Origin: a virus
Lineage: Duplodnaviria > Caudoviricetes
Reading direction: 5' to 3' (one strand)
DNA length: 54,785 nucleotides
Virus record (IMG/VR): IMGVR_UViG_3300032241_002057
Coordinates: 1-54,785 of that record
The notes beneath the pieces were generated by a model. That model made no database searches, was not told where the DNA came from, and saw only the letters and a program-made list of their open reading frames with translations. Made by a program: the position numbers and the translations under genes. Shown here in pieces: positions 8,555-20,368 of this stretch (positions are counted from its first letter, which is position 1; each line of letters opens with the position of its first letter).

Positions 8555-11500
8555 TCAGGATCCCGAATGTTCTAAAAGGAATATTCCCAGCTCGCTATTG
8601 CTATATTGTAATCCGTTTGGTGTTGATACCCAGGAATACCCACCTGGTATTTGCACCTGTATTCCTGCATCAATCACAGTAGAGCCGCTAGCGTGACTTA
8701 ACTGAGTAGTATAGCTTATATTTGTCAATGAGGTTATTTGTATATTTTTAACTCCGTTATCTGGGGGATTATTAAAGATCACATATGTAGGTTGCTCTAA
8801 ATTTGGAGGTCCAAAACTATAATCAATTGTTTCTACCTGTATAACTCCGTCTACAAATATAGTAGTTGATATAGCAGGTGCTGCAGAATCAATAAAAAAT
8901 TCTCGTGTACTGCCATCGCCATTATACCATGTTGTGCTATACATGGTTTCTGGAGATCCACTGGTCCCCAAACGGTTTCTAGCGATGCCAACTAGGAATG
9001 CACGATTTGGATTATCAATGGTTGGAGCAATTTGTATTTGTGTGAAGCTTATCAGTTCGTTATTGATATACACTAATCCTGGGACACTTTGAATAGGAGG
9101 TGTTATTACCGTAACATCTGCTATCTCTATGCTATTGCTATACGTGTAAACGTTGCTGAGTAGAGTAGTTTCTCTTGTCGGATCTAATGCAGTTGACAAT
9201 GTTGCATCCCATCCAGTTGTTGTACGCCATGCAATTGCAGGAGCCTCTGGTAATCCTGCCATATAGGATATGACAATTGGGGTATTAGTTGTCCAACCAG
9301 ATTGATTTGGTATATAGACTTGTAATTGCTTTGGAAGTTCAATATCCCATGCATTTGTGCTCCATGAACTTTTTTCCCAGCCGCTAGAATCAGGCAATGT
9401 TATTAATTTATAATTCACTTGCGGAGTCTGAAGTGTATTATTGTACCAAACTTGAATGGTACCGGTATCTATCGGATAATCTGCTAATATATATGTACCT
9501 TCGTTATTAGCTACGAATTCTTCGGTACGGAATTCGTAATCTATATCTTGCGAATAAGTGGTAATTATTATTTGATCATCTACTTGTATAGAACCTGATA
9601 AAAATGTAATTGTAGAGCCAGACAATTGATACTCGGTATCAGAATTTACACATAGAATAACAATTGCTGCACCATTTAATATTGGATTTGGAACAATTAC
9701 AGGTGTATCGCCTACAAGTATAGTTTTTATGAAATTTATTGTTTTTGCAGATAAATCTAAAATGTAATCAGTGTCTGAGGTTAACAAGCAACTGTCAACA
9801 TAGACCTGCGGATACCCACTAGATGCACCGGTTAAGTCTATATCTATAATGAATTCAGCTTGATATCCGTTACCAACCCATGTTTCCATTAAAGGAGGTT
9901 GCATAATTTGACCATTTTTTCTCACTAGAGTAGATACATACGGTGGTTCCGTGCCAACTGGAGCTGTAGTGATATTGTATGTTAATATTGAAGAATTTGT
10001 AAAGGTGATCATAGTCTCGGTAACTTGAGAAAAACTGCTGTTATCAAATGTTGCAACGATTATTGTCGATCCATATGCAGGCGGCGGCACTATATCTATG
10101 CCTGGTGACGGATTGCTAAAATATGTGAAACCTGGAGTACCATTAGGTATAACAACGCCATCTATTACCACCATAACACTATTATTGGTAATATTTAAAT
10201 TTGGTATAACCTTGTGAAACGAAATTCCGTCTCCTACAAAATTGTACAAATTCAAGTTGTCTGTAAATGACAAATTAAACTTTGCATCTACACCATACCC
10301 GTAATCCCATGCATAATCATCCCATTTTCCTGTATCCCAATATGCACCGTTGTTTTGAACTCCGCTGATATCTGATTGTGAAACTGGCTGTATTGGTAAC
10401 TGAGGATATAAACCGGGGTCATATATACTTACAGTCAATATATCATTTTGATCACCGACTGATTCTACTTGAATCTTAGCAGGTCTAACAGTACCAATTG
10501 TTTGAAATGGTATATTAGCACCTAATGTTATGATGTCTCCTACACTATATCCACCGCCGCCTGATACTATATATGCATTAGCTACTGAACGACTACCGCC
10601 GCCGAACCCAATACAAGTAATATAAAGTATTTGACCTGCAGCAGGTGTTTCGATTAATACCAATCGTTTTGTGTCAAAGTTAACAACGGCATCGCCCCCT
10701 GCACCTATACTTAACAGAGTACCGTTAAGATACGCTAGCACAGATTGATTGCTCTGAGGAACTATTAATAGATCAAACTGATCTGTTACACCATCGGTTT
10801 GATATACACGGGTGCTAACAAGAGGTCTCCCGCCATTTTTTATAGAATATGTATCCATGATTAAACAATCGCGGGGTAACATAGGATACAATTCTTCTGG
10901 ATGATTATCATCTACATATGGTTGTATAAATTGATAACCGTCGTATATAGAATCACTGAGATCGTATGACGGTTCTTGGAAGGTAGTACCTATATAAAGA
11001 ATATAAATGTTTGGAGTAGAGCTGCTCGCAGGCGGTGTAAAGAATTGTATATAGCTGCAATCCCATACTATACCTATAGTAGCATTTGTTCCGCTACCCG
11101 GATATACTGATGGGTAAACAGTTTGATATGGTCCCGGGGTTACAGTGTTATATGAGCCTTTACCGAGTATTTTAACAGACGTTATACTTCCATGGCTCAC
11201 CGACAATACCTGCAATCTAACAGGTACAAGTCCAGATCCTGCTACTACATTGATTTGATCTCCAACGGAATAACCTGATCCGCCATTAACAACATATGCA
11301 TCTAGTGCATATGTTGGTATGATCCAATCTACGCCATATAATTTTAATGATCCGTCTGCCCAAACTACTAAATTGTTTGGATTTTGTGCACCAGGTAATA
11401 ATGGAAATGATATGCTGCTGCCGTTGCCTATAGCTGTATTATAATTTGGAATCTGACCGCCTTGTATAATTTGATCGAGATATGCGTCTATCACAAACTG

Positions 11501-14500
11501 ATTTGCATCCCATCCAATTAATCCTCCCCACGGACCGGCTGACCAACCTGGTTCAGTTTGGAAGCCTAAATTTCCTATAGTCTGACCTTTGTATAAAACT
11601 CCTTGCATTAGATCTGAAATAATATTTGGTATCATACCTGGTGTTGGCGCATAATATTCGGCTATTCTTGTCTGTGCTCCAAAGTTTTCATTGATGCGTT
11701 CAGCTGACCAACCAAAAATTGACCAACTATCTCCCCAACCCGGAACTAGTGCAGGTGTACTAATTCTATCAAATATTATTTTAGTAGAAAGTTGTCTAAC
11801 TAAGGATGGGTCAATATATTGTTGCACTGATATAGATGTTGAAGCAGCATAGTTATTGAACCATGCTTGATACGTTTCGTAATATGATGTCCCTTCTAAA
11901 TTAGAAGATTCTACGGCTATATTTCCGGGTAATACTGCAACATTTGGCGTATTTGTTGTTAGATACGCATATGGGACATCAAAATCAACTACCGATACAT
12001 TACCATAATTTAAAGCAGAATATCCGTTTGTGTAATTTTCTATTTGTGCGTGATACGGTTTAGCTTCATTAATAAAATCGAGTATACTCTGCGTATTATC
12101 AACTGCAAGTAATGGCGGTTGTCCAAGATTCTGATTAAATCCTGTAAAGACCATATTGCTTGTTTTGAATATCCAGTCTGCTTGCAATTGTTCTGAAACA
12201 ACATAATTAGTCATTGCAAAAAACAACGTATTCAGTTCGATGCTGTTTGGACCCGGATATATTGCATAATATATGCCGTCAATGATATTCGCGAATTCTG
12301 TAGAAGCATTGTCATCAAAACTTGGAGTAGGATTGAAAATATTTCCAGTTCCTGCACTGTCAAATGGTGCTCCGTCAAAGCCGCCAAAATTCTCGGCCCA
12401 TTGATATATTGAAGGTAATATTTCAATACTACCGTTCTGTTGAGCAACCAGCGCCCAACTACCACCTAAAAATGCATACCATTGATAATTTCCATCGCCG
12501 CCGTTAACTACTTCGACAATCTGCCCTGCAGAAGGATTGATAATGGTATCTAATGCTGCAATTGTTGGTACACTTTGAGTTGGAGTATTTGTATTATTAT
12601 ATCCGGCTGCATACCAAGTTACATAATTCCAATATCTCGATGTATTATATGCTTGAATTTGAGTTATTGTCCAAATTTCATTACCAAGTGGTGTATATTC
12701 CCATATAGTCCATAAACTTAAAGTTGTGCTATTTGAATCAACTAAGATTAATTGCCCGGGTATTATAGCCCCAATTAATCCGTCTCTCTGTGCAAGGTCT
12801 GCTACCTGATAGTCCCAATTAGTAATGGTCTGAATTGCTGTTACATTGATAGATTGAACAGCTATTGATATGCCATTGATTTCTCCGTCGCTAACAGTTG
12901 TTACAACTGGTCTACCATTTATGCTTGTTGATAGTTGGAATGTTGTTATGGTAGGTGTACCAATGACATAATATGTGGTTCCAGACGTATATCCAACAAT
13001 ACTTCCGCTCGAAAATGTACCTGTTATAACAACTGCTTGTCCTACAGCTAAAGGTGATATTAAAGTTGCACAAGAAAAAATACCTGTTACTGTAATAATA
13101 GCAGGAGACGAGATAGCAACATCAGAATTTGCAAATGTGTTTAAAATCACAGGTAGATATTGATAATTAGAGTAAACATTAAATGTTGTTTGACTTAAAA
13201 TATCGAGAACGTAATATGTATTACCGGCTATTAATCCGCCAACAGAATTGGAAAAAACAATTGGTTGACTAGGCTTCATACCTAATGTACTGTTTACGCT
13301 GATGTAACTAGTAGAAGTACCTATAATATAATACAATGTATTATTTGTGATATTTGTTGCAACAGTATCTGACACAACAGATGTTGTAAGATTTATTGCA
13401 TATCCACCTGGAGTATCAGATATAGTAAATTGAGTTTTGCTGATAATTGATAGTACGTAATATATGCTATCTTTGTTTATCTCACCAAATGAATTATTGA
13501 ATTTTATTTCGTCGTTGATTGCTAGATTTTCTGTGGTTACAGTTGTCACGCAACTATGAGTAATTGATGTTACATTTAACGAAATAGACGTGTATTGAAC
13601 AGGTAGCGGCTCGGCAGCATCAAAATAATTACGCCAACTTGATTTTGCAGGATCATATACTATAGGAGTTGTGCTAGATGCAACTAGACTATTAAATGTA
13701 TCAACAAATAATGCACTAGCACTTTCTCTGTTAACAAACCATGTTTGACGTGGTCTAATAAACGTTCCGTATCTATTATAGACATTGAGATGATAATCTG
13801 GTACATCATTACCTAATCCATCAAACGTAACAAGGCTGACTTTTAATCGAGACCAAACGGTTGGATTAATTGGACTAGTAGGATCTCCCTCACGTATCAA
13901 TTGCCATTCACTATAAATGTTTTCGTTGTTAGCTTTAGATGTGTAATTAATACGTTGCGATATTTGCACCCCATTGAGAAGATTTTTAATATTGCCTAAT
14001 ATTATGCTATTATTACTGATAGCAGCATACCATGGTACATTTGTTAAGCTTGGATTTTGTATTAGATTAGATATACCTTGAGTAGATAGAGATCTTGAAA
14101 TAACAGCTGGCGGCATCGTACTATTGCCTACCCAGAAATAATAATATGTTGTTGGATTATTTTGTGAATCATATTGATTTATTTGTGACCAATTAAACGT
14201 ACTGATCACAATACCAGATGGTACAAGTTGATTACCGTTTACAGTAATCACAGTACCGTTTGCTACAGCAGTATCCCATTCAGTAGGGGGAATACTGCTT
14301 TGTATCCATTCATATACTATTACGGTAGTACCAGGTGCTATTTGTCCCCAAGTGTTGATTCTATAAGACTCGTCGCCTTGTTCATAATCTATGTATCTTA
14401 CTTGTGAAACATCCCACCATGTTTGCCCAAGTTGAGCACTGCTCCATGCTAATGTAGGATTGACTAAAAATCCAGATGTATCTCCGCTATTATATGTTGC

Positions 14501-17500
14501 TGGATCAACGTCTGTTATATAGTTTAGTTCTTGCTGTGCTTGACCTGGTATTCGTCCTTTTACAGGATCAAAATATTCTAAACTTGCTAAATTTTCCCCG
14601 GTATTTAAATTGAAAATTTGACTAGATTGTATTAGATTGGTATCTACTTGTAAAGGTTGTTGCCTATATGCAACAAATCCATTTTGTGTATAATTGTATA
14701 CGGTCCATGCATTTGGTACGATACCTCCTTGATCAACATACACTAAATTACCTGGCATGTATCCGCCTGGAGGAGCACTGGTATCTCTATCAAATATACT
14801 AGCAAATCTCATAGGTCTATAAACCCAGATAGTTCCACCGGTACCTGGGACAAAGGTGCTAAGGTCGATATTAAATGTTGTGGGAGTAACAGAGTTAATA
14901 ATGTAGGTATTATTAATTTCTGGAACGCCGTTTACACCGAATATCACACATATATCACCATTAAGAAGACCGTGGGGCTCGTTGGTCACTATTGTAGTAG
15001 GTTCACCAAACACTTGACTTTGTATAGTATACGACGGTTGACTTATTGCAACAGCTAGTATCCACATCATCCATTCGCCGTTATCGGTTATAAATTGCCA
15101 AACAGTGTTGTAAGGATTTAGCGGATTATTAGTTGTACTTTGTTGCAAATATAATCCTAATAAATCATTAGTATTCACTGCATAAAAATTTGATTCACCT
15201 AATTGAGCATATCCTGCTGTTGGAATATCAGATGAAGGGTCGCTTGCATATGACGATCTAAGACCAAATATGTTTGTGGTATATGTAGCAGGAGGAGTAA
15301 TGAAAAGCGGATCGTTAGCAACTAAATCAAAAACATTAGAGAATTGATTATTGCTGGTTGCACTGAAAAATCTTATCCATTGCGGATCATAATTTATATC
15401 TGCTTGAGGAAGAATATATTCCATTTCTACATTCAGTGCTGTAGCACCATAAGTACCAACTCTTATCATCCATTCATCGTAATAATTAAAGGTACTACCT
15501 GTAGGTATTACAGTACTACTACGTAACAATGCATTAACTGTTGCTAGAGTTCCTTTTTGACGTATAAATCCTTGATAAAATTGAAATTCAACTGACTCAT
15601 CTAATAATAAATTTTCTAAATAATTTCGAGGTTGGTATCCAATTAAATGCTTTGAAAGATTAGCTATATCTTGATCATCTATTGCACCAAGAGTGGTAGA
15701 CGATGTTATTGTATTTGTACCACCGTATGTGATTTTTTCGTAATTTTTCGGCTCATCGATATTGAAATATCTAGTAAAATCGCTAGCAGTTTTTTCAAAA
15801 TTGTTGGTCATTGTCCATGTATTTGACGATATTGTTTGGCCGTTGACCGTTACGTTGTTTTGTATTACTATATAACCTGGAGCATCTATTGTACCATCCC
15901 ATCCGTTAGCACGATATGTATAGATTTTTATACGTTGCTGTTGTAGATTATAAAGAGGTTGATATATTACATCTCCAAATGCTGTTAAATTATCGAAAAA
16001 TACCGCATGTTCCATAGTTGTAGTAAACAACCGGAGGCCATATACACCTTGATCGTTGTTTGGTTGTATTGTGATTGTGCCATTGTCTCTCAAAACATTG
16101 AGATTTTGCGATTGAATTGGATTACCAGCTTTATCGACTACAGGGTATGTACCTGCAATAATTCCGTTTACATATTGTATCATACCTACGGATTGAAATA
16201 GCTGCGTAGATCCTGCACTTGGGCTCAACGCGATTATAGTACCGTTAGCCCAAGATCCCTGTGCCCAAAGTAAGAATTCTTTTGCGCTTTGGCTCCAATT
16301 TAAGACAGCACCAGCATTAACGTCGTATTGTTCAAATACCCAACCTTGGCTAGTGAGCCATCTACCATAACTGATTAGAAAATCATAAACTTGTTGATAA
16401 CTTGTCATTACGGTGTTGTATAACACTACATTAGTAACGTTGATTTGGCCAGATTGATATTCAGTAACCTGTTGATTACCGATAACAATGTTAACCTTAG
16501 GTCCGGCTGTATTTGATGGTATGGTTGTGAAATATGGATTAACAGCGTCATACCCATATACTGTCCAACCGCCGTTGATTTGCTGAATAACAACTCCGCT
16601 ATAAACATATGTTCCGGTACTGGTGCTTCTATAGAGATAAGTGCTGATATTTTCGGATGGTACTATTTGACTGTTATAACCAAGCTGTCCAAAACTATCA
16701 ACTACAGCTCTAAAATTGGTAGTATTAATATAACCTGCCATTCGATGAGCCAATTGAACATTGCCACCTCGAATTATGCTACCGATATAATTGGTCACAG
16801 CTAGACCTTGAGATACGATATATTCGGTTATCCATACTTCAAAACCTGCACTAGCAAAATATGCCAAATTAGATTCGTTGGGAACATTTACTCCTGTAAC
16901 TAGAGTATTAGGTGTTTCTCTATTGATGTAGAATTGATTGCTAGCTCGTCTAGTGTTTGTATCGATATAAATCCATTGACTTTCTGCGGTATCCGAATAT
17001 ATTTGTTCAGTTCGTAAACTATCCCAGGTATATTCAATAAATGCAGCAGGTTTCATCAAGTACCCGGTAACAGATTGAACAAATGGATAATATTGAGAGT
17101 GTATCCATGCTGACTCAACCGGTCCTCCGTCACCAAATACCCAAGGAGCTTGCGCTGCATGAACAGTTGGTAGGTAACCAGCGCATCCTGCTTGAACTGG
17201 AGGTAGCAAATTGCCTTGAGTATCAACTGGTATGCAGCTCAATAACCCAGGACGAGCCCATACACTATATGTTCCTGCTCTAGGTCCTTGGCGTATAATG
17301 CCATTAGCTAAGTCTTGCCACAATGCTGTGTTACCACTAGTATAAGGCGCTGCGCCGTATTGAGATGTCCACCACGATGGTTGTTGAGAAAATCCAAGCA
17401 TTTCCCACGGGCAAATATGCGGACGATCAGTATCATAGAACCAACGGTATATTCCTTGCCATCCTCCTGGAATAGGATTTCCTTGCGGATCAGTAACTGT

Positions 17501-20368
17501 ACTATAATTGTAACTAAATGGGTCATCAGAATTATAGCCGGTATTTGATTGCCAATCTACCTGATTGTTTATTGCCCATTTATCAAATGCGCCTCTCTGT
17601 AATTGAATGTATTCAGCAGCGGTATAATCAGTTGTTCTCCAGCGACCCGGTTTATACGTTGTTATATCAAAAACTAGAGTTGTTTCAGGATTACTATATT
17701 GAGGTGGTAAGTTGTTAAACATGTTTAACTCAAATTGTAACCAAGCTGCTGCAACTGGATTTGTTAGTTGCTCTGGGTTATCAGTCATCTGCTGATTGTG
17801 AAGTATTGTTCCTAGCTGATTACCTTGATTATCTACCATAACAATACGTGCACCGTCGTGAGTTTGTATTGTTAGCTGAGGGGTTAGATAGCTGGTATCA
17901 AAGTATACCATAGGTTGAAAAGCAGAGGTAATACCTAATCTAGTAGCAGTTGCTGGGATATATAAAGGCGTAGACGCTTGGATCTGTCCATATGCACCGG
18001 GATATCCTCCATACCCTGTATTTGCCCACGGAGATGCAGGAGTTTTCCCAATATTAATTTGATTGAGAGCTGTTGTTAGCCACAGTGCGGTATTGTACGG
18101 ATCACACACAGATGGATCACTGTTTGCTGAAAAACCTTGCTGAGTAGCAATGTTAAACAACGCACGAATTAGTCGATTATAAAATCTAGTATAACTATTT
18201 TCTGCATATTGCATAGATTGAACAGGATCAGTTGGTGCAGTTGTTAGGTTAACATTTGACAACGGAACTGAGTTAAGCAAACTCAATTTGATCATTGGAG
18301 CTCTATGTTGTAGAATACTAAGGCCTAAACCTCTTTGCTGTGCAGTATCTCTATAATTGTTTACACCTAATGCCGAGCCAACTATACCAGTTTGATTTTC
18401 AATAATTTCTTGAAATTGTTGCAAAAACTGACTTCTACTAACTGTTGTTATTGGTAGATTATTTGGGTTTGCGCTGATGTTCAACGGAATTTGATAGTAC
18501 CCCGTTATATTCTCAGGTGCAACAGGATTCCACGATGCAATTTCGACGATGCTCCCTGCTGGTGCAGGAGATGTAAGAGTCACTACATTATTGTTTATAG
18601 TATAATCGATGCCGTTTATTAATAATGTCTCTGTTTGGTTGATATTAATATAAACGAATATTGTAGGTAATGTATTGATTTCTTGTACAGCTGGGGTTTG
18701 GTCTATAGTGAATACCGATGTTGCAGCTGAAATTACAAATTCATTTATGATATATTGTCTGCTTAATTGCGGTGCGGTATACCAACTATCAATATATGTA
18801 GTTGAATTGTTTACTCCTACTTTTGCAAACAGATACCCGTTATATTGAACTCGCTGAGAATTGTTAACATATGTAATGATATCTGTTTCTAGATTGTTGT
18901 TGAATACCCAATCACCAAATTGGTCAAGTTCTAATGATTGACCTATATAAGGATCAATTGGTTGATTAGGGTCTATTGCATATGAAAATACCTGGCTTCC
19001 TGCAAAATTACTACTTGGGTATATGCTAGGATCATTCAATGAGTTCCCGTCTACATCGTATAGTTGGAACAGAGGTGGTGTTAAACCTATCAATTGTTGA
19101 CAATTAGTAGTCCATTCGCTGTTATTGTATAAGATGTTAAGACCTTGATATTTTCCAAACAATACAACAGCTCTGTCCCCTTGCGACGGATCTCCGTTTG
19201 GTAATTGACATCCAAATGTGTCAACTGTTAATTGTATAGCACCGTTAGACACACCACTTACAATTAAAATTTTGCCTGCTACATCTGGGTGTTGATCAGC
19301 GATACCCAATATTCTCATACCATCTTGCAATGGTATTTGATTTATTGACCAAAACGGCTGTCCTACAATTGTACCGAATAAATTTGTATTTGTGTTGTCG
19401 ACTATTGTTATAGTACCGCGATTGTTTGTTCCGTAATTCCACAATTGAGTATTAACATCAAATTGCAATATAGGACGTTGTGCTTGAATTTCTGACAAAT
19501 TAGATACAGAAGAATTAGAGATAGCTATGACTTCTATGTGAAACCAGCGATTTCCTGCACTCCACTGATTATTGTCGACACATCCTCTGGCAATAGTTGC
19601 ATATAATGGTGATGATTCTAAATCACCTCCCCAACCATAAAGATCCCAACCTCCGAGATCCCAATTAGTTGATGCGGTATCAGTAAAATTAATTAATTGA
19701 ATGGATCGCCCAACGTTTCCAATAATAAATTGCTGTCCGTTTAATGATAAGGTGAGATCATTAGTTGGTATAATTTTAAGACCAGTTGTAAAAATTAGAG
19801 GTTTATCGGGTGTAAATGTAGCTAATGTGTTTGTAGATGTGTATAAAGCTGTACCTACGTAAGAAAACGATACCTGCCCTACCGCTGTGTTCTCTAAATC
19901 GGTTGTATCATACAACACTATGGCATCGGGTCCATTGGGTAACCAATAATAGTTTGAGTAATTAACAAACATGTCTAGGTCTATTGGCGGACTCCAAGAA
20001 TAATATTCTTGACTAAAAAGACGACTATGATTATTGGTTAATGCCCCTTGAAATGCCAGTTGTCCAATTAAATCCTCATAAAACATAGCGTTAGTGAGTT
20101 CTGGATTATTATAAGGATTACTCACAACCGTAGGGTCTAATTGGTAATTCTCTCTATTTGAATCTGGTTCAGGAATGTAAAAATCAGTTGATGAATTATA
20201 CCAAGGAGGTATATGTCCTACATAACCATCGAGAAATTCGACGCTTTCTGGTTGAAAGAGATGATTAACGGTTGCATTAAAAACCTTTTTTAATGCGTCT
20301 GTTTGCAAATACCCTGGTAGAAGTTCTATTGGGTATCTTTTGATATACGTATTATCGATGTTAGCCAT
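8555..20368 (-). CDS. giant baseplate wedge / virion structural protein (gp7-like position), 3937 aa
   Basis: Uninterrupted ORF after the gp6-like gene; ELLPGYLQT N-terminus, EAKPYH, WD/FD motifs, C-terminal RNRLGT...HASG. Confidence 0.75.
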   Translation of the reverse strand: MANIDNTYIKRYPIELLPGYLQTDALKKVFNATVNHLFQPESVEFLDGYVGHIPPWYNSSTDFYIPEPDSNRENYQLDPTVVSNPYNNPELTNAMFYEDLIGQLAFQGALTNNHSRLFSQEYYSWSPPIDLDMFVNYSNYYWLPNGPDAIVLYDTTDLENTAVGQVSFSYVGTALYTSTNTLATFTPDKPLIFTTGLKIIPTNDLTLSLNGQQFIIGNVGRSIQLINFTDTASTNWDLGGWDLYGWGGDLESSPLYATIARGCVDNNQWSAGNRWFHIEVIAISNSSVSNLSEIQAQRPILQFDVNTQLWNYGTNNRGTITIVDNTNTNLFGTIVGQPFWSINQIPLQDGMRILGIADQHPDVAGKILIVSGVSNGAIQLTVDTFGCQLPNGDPSQGDRAVVLFGKYQGLNILYNNSEWTTNCQQLIGLTPPLFQLYDVDGNSLNDPSIYPSSNFAGSQVFSYAIDPNQPIDPYIGQSLELDQFGDWVFNNNLETDIITYVNNSQRVQYNGYLFAKVGVNNSTTYIDSWYTAPQLSRQYIINEFVISAATSVFTIDQTPAVQEINTLPTIFVYININQTETLLINGIDYTINNNVVTLTSPAPAGSIVEIASWNPVAPENITGYYQIPLNISANPNNLPITTVSRSQFLQQFQEIIENQTGIVGSALGVNNYRDTAQQRGLGLSILQHRAPMIKLSLLNSVPLSNVNLTTAPTDPVQSMQYAENSYTRFYNRLIRALFNIATQQGFSANSDPSVCDPYNTALWLTTALNQINIGKTPASPWANTGYGGYPGAYGQIQASTPLYIPATATRLGITSAFQPMVYFDTSYLTPQLTIQTHDGARIVMVDNQGNQLGTILHNQQMTDNPEQLTNPVAAAWLQFELNMFNNLPPQYSNPETTLVFDITTYKPGRWRTTDYTAAEYIQLQRGAFDKWAINNQVDWQSNTGYNSDDPFSYNYSTVTDPQGNPIPGGWQGIYRWFYDTDRPHICPWEMLGFSQQPSWWTSQYGAAPYTSGNTALWQDLANGIIRQGPRAGTYSVWARPGLLSCIPVDTQGNLLPPVQAGCAGYLPTVHAAQAPWVFGDGGPVESAWIHSQYYPFVQSVTGYLMKPAAFIEYTWDSLRTEQIYSDTAESQWIYIDTNTRRASNQFYINRETPNTLVTGVNVPNESNLAYFASAGFEVWITEYIVSQGLAVTNYIGSIIRGGNVQLAHRMAGYINTTNFRAVVDSFGQLGYNSQIVPSENISTYLYRSTSTGTYVYSGVVIQQINGGWTVYGYDAVNPYFTTIPSNTAGPKVNIVIGNQQVTEYQSGQINVTNVVLYNTVMTSYQQVYDFLISYGRWLTSQGWVFEQYDVNAGAVLNWSQSAKEFLLWAQGSWANGTIIALSPSAGSTQLFQSVGMIQYVNGIIAGTYPVVDKAGNPIQSQNLNVLRDNGTITIQPNNDQGVYGLRLFTTTMEHAVFFDNLTAFGDVIYQPLYNLQQQRIKIYTYRANGWDGTIDAPGYIVIQNNVTVNGQTISSNTWTMTNNFEKTASDFTRYFNIDEPKNYEKITYGGTNTITSSTTLGAIDDQDIANLSKHLIGYQPRNYLENLLLDESVEFQFYQGFIRQKGTLATVNALLRSSTVIPTGSTFNYYDEWMIRVGTYGATALNVEMEYILPQADINYDPQWIRFFSATSNNQFSNVFDLVANDPLFITPPATYTTNIFGLRSSYASDPSSDIPTAGYAQLGESNFYAVNTNDLLGLYLQQSTTNNPLNPYNTVWQFITDNGEWMMWILAVAISQPSYTIQSQVFGEPTTIVTNEPHGLLNGDICVIFGVNGVPEINNTYIINSVTPTTFNIDLSTFVPGTGGTIWVYRPMRFASIFDRDTSAPPGGYMPGNLVYVDQGGIVPNAWTVYNYTQNGFVAYRQQPLQVDTNLIQSSQIFNLNTGENLASLEYFDPVKGRIPGQAQQELNYITDVDPATYNSGDTSGFLVNPTLAWSSAQLGQTWWDVSQVRYIDYEQGDESYRINTWGQIAPGTTVIVYEWIQSSIPPTEWDTAVANGTVITVNGNQLVPSGIVISTFNWSQINQYDSQNNPTTYYYFWVGNSTMPPAVISRSLSTQGISNLIQNPSLTNVPWYAAISNNSIILGNIKNLLNGVQISQRINYTSKANNENIYSEWQLIREGDPTSPINPTVWSRLKVSLVTFDGLGNDVPDYHLNVYNRYGTFIRPRQTWFVNRESASALFVDTFNSLVASSTTPIVYDPAKSSWRNYFDAAEPLPVQYTSISLNVTSITHSCVTTVTTENLAINDEIKFNNSFGEINKDSIYYVLSIISKTQFTISDTPGGYAINLTTSVVSDTVATNITNNTLYYIIGTSTSYISVNSTLGMKPSQPIVFSNSVGGLIAGNTYYVLDILSQTTFNVYSNYQYLPVILNTFANSDVAISSPAIITVTGIFSCATLISPLAVGQAVVITGTFSSGSIVGYTSGTTYYVIGTPTITTFQLSTSINGRPVVTTVSDGEINGISIAVQSINVTAIQTITNWDYQVADLAQRDGLIGAIIPGQLILVDSNSTTLSLWTIWEYTPLGNEIWTITQIQAYNTSRYWNYVTWYAAGYNNTNTPTQSVPTIAALDTIINPSAGQIVEVVNGGDGNYQWYAFLGGSWALVAQQNGSIEILPSIYQWAENFGGFDGAPFDSAGTGNIFNPTPSFDDNASTEFANIIDGIYYAIYPGPNSIELNTLFFAMTNYVVSEQLQADWIFKTSNMVFTGFNQNLGQPPLLAVDNTQSILDFINEAKPYHAQIENYTNGYSALNYGNVSVVDFDVPYAYLTTNTPNVAVLPGNIAVESSNLEGTSYYETYQAWFNNYAASTSISVQQYIDPSLVRQLSTKIIFDRISTPALVPGWGDSWSIFGWSAERINENFGAQTRIAEYYAPTPGMIPNIISDLMQGVLYKGQTIGNLGFQTEPGWSAGPWGGLIGWDANQFVIDAYLDQIIQGGQIPNYNTAIGNGSSISFPLLPGAQNPNNLVVWADGSLKLYGVDWIIPTYALDAYVVNGGSGYSVGDQINVVAGSGLVPVRLQVLSVSHGSITSVKILGKGSYNTVTPGPYQTVYPSVYPGSGTNATIGIVWDCSYIQFFTPPASSSTPNIYILYIGTTFQEPSYDLSDSIYDGYQFIQPYVDDNHPEELYPMLPRDCLIMDTYSIKNGGRPLVSTRVYQTDGVTDQFDLLIVPQSNQSVLAYLNGTLLSIGAGGDAVVNFDTKRLVLIETPAAGQILYITCIGFGGGSRSVANAYIVSGGGGYSVGDIITLGANIPFQTIGTVRPAKIQVESVGDQNDILTVSIYDPGLYPQLPIQPVSQSDISGVQNNGAYWDTGKWDDYAWDYGYGVDAKFNLSFTDNLNLYNFVGDGISFHKVIPNLNITNNSVMVVIDGVVIPNGTPGFTYFSNPSPGIDIVPPPAYGSTIIVATFDNSSFSQVTETMITFTNSSILTYNITTAPVGTEPPYVSTLVRKNGQIMQPPLMETWVGNGYQAEFIIDIDLTGASSGYPQVYVDSCLLTSDTDYILDLSAKTINFIKTILVGDTPVIVPNPILNGAAIVILCVNSDTEYQLSGSTITFLSGSIQVDDQIIITTYSQDIDYEFRTEEFVANNEGTYILADYPIDTGTIQVWYNNTLQTPQVNYKLITLPDSSGWEKSSWSTNAWDIELPKQLQVYIPNQSGWTTNTPIVISYMAGLPEAPAIAWRTTTGWDATLSTALDPTRETTLLSNVYTYSNSIEIADVTVITPPIQSVPGLVYINNELISFTQIQIAPTIDNPNRAFLVGIARNRLGTSGSPETMYSTTWYNGDGSTREFFIDSAAPAISTTIFVDGVIQVETIDYSFGPPNLEQPTYVIFNNPPDNGVKNIQITSLTNISYTTQLSHASGSTVIDAGIQVQIPGGYSWVSTPNGLQYSNSELGIFLLEHSGS

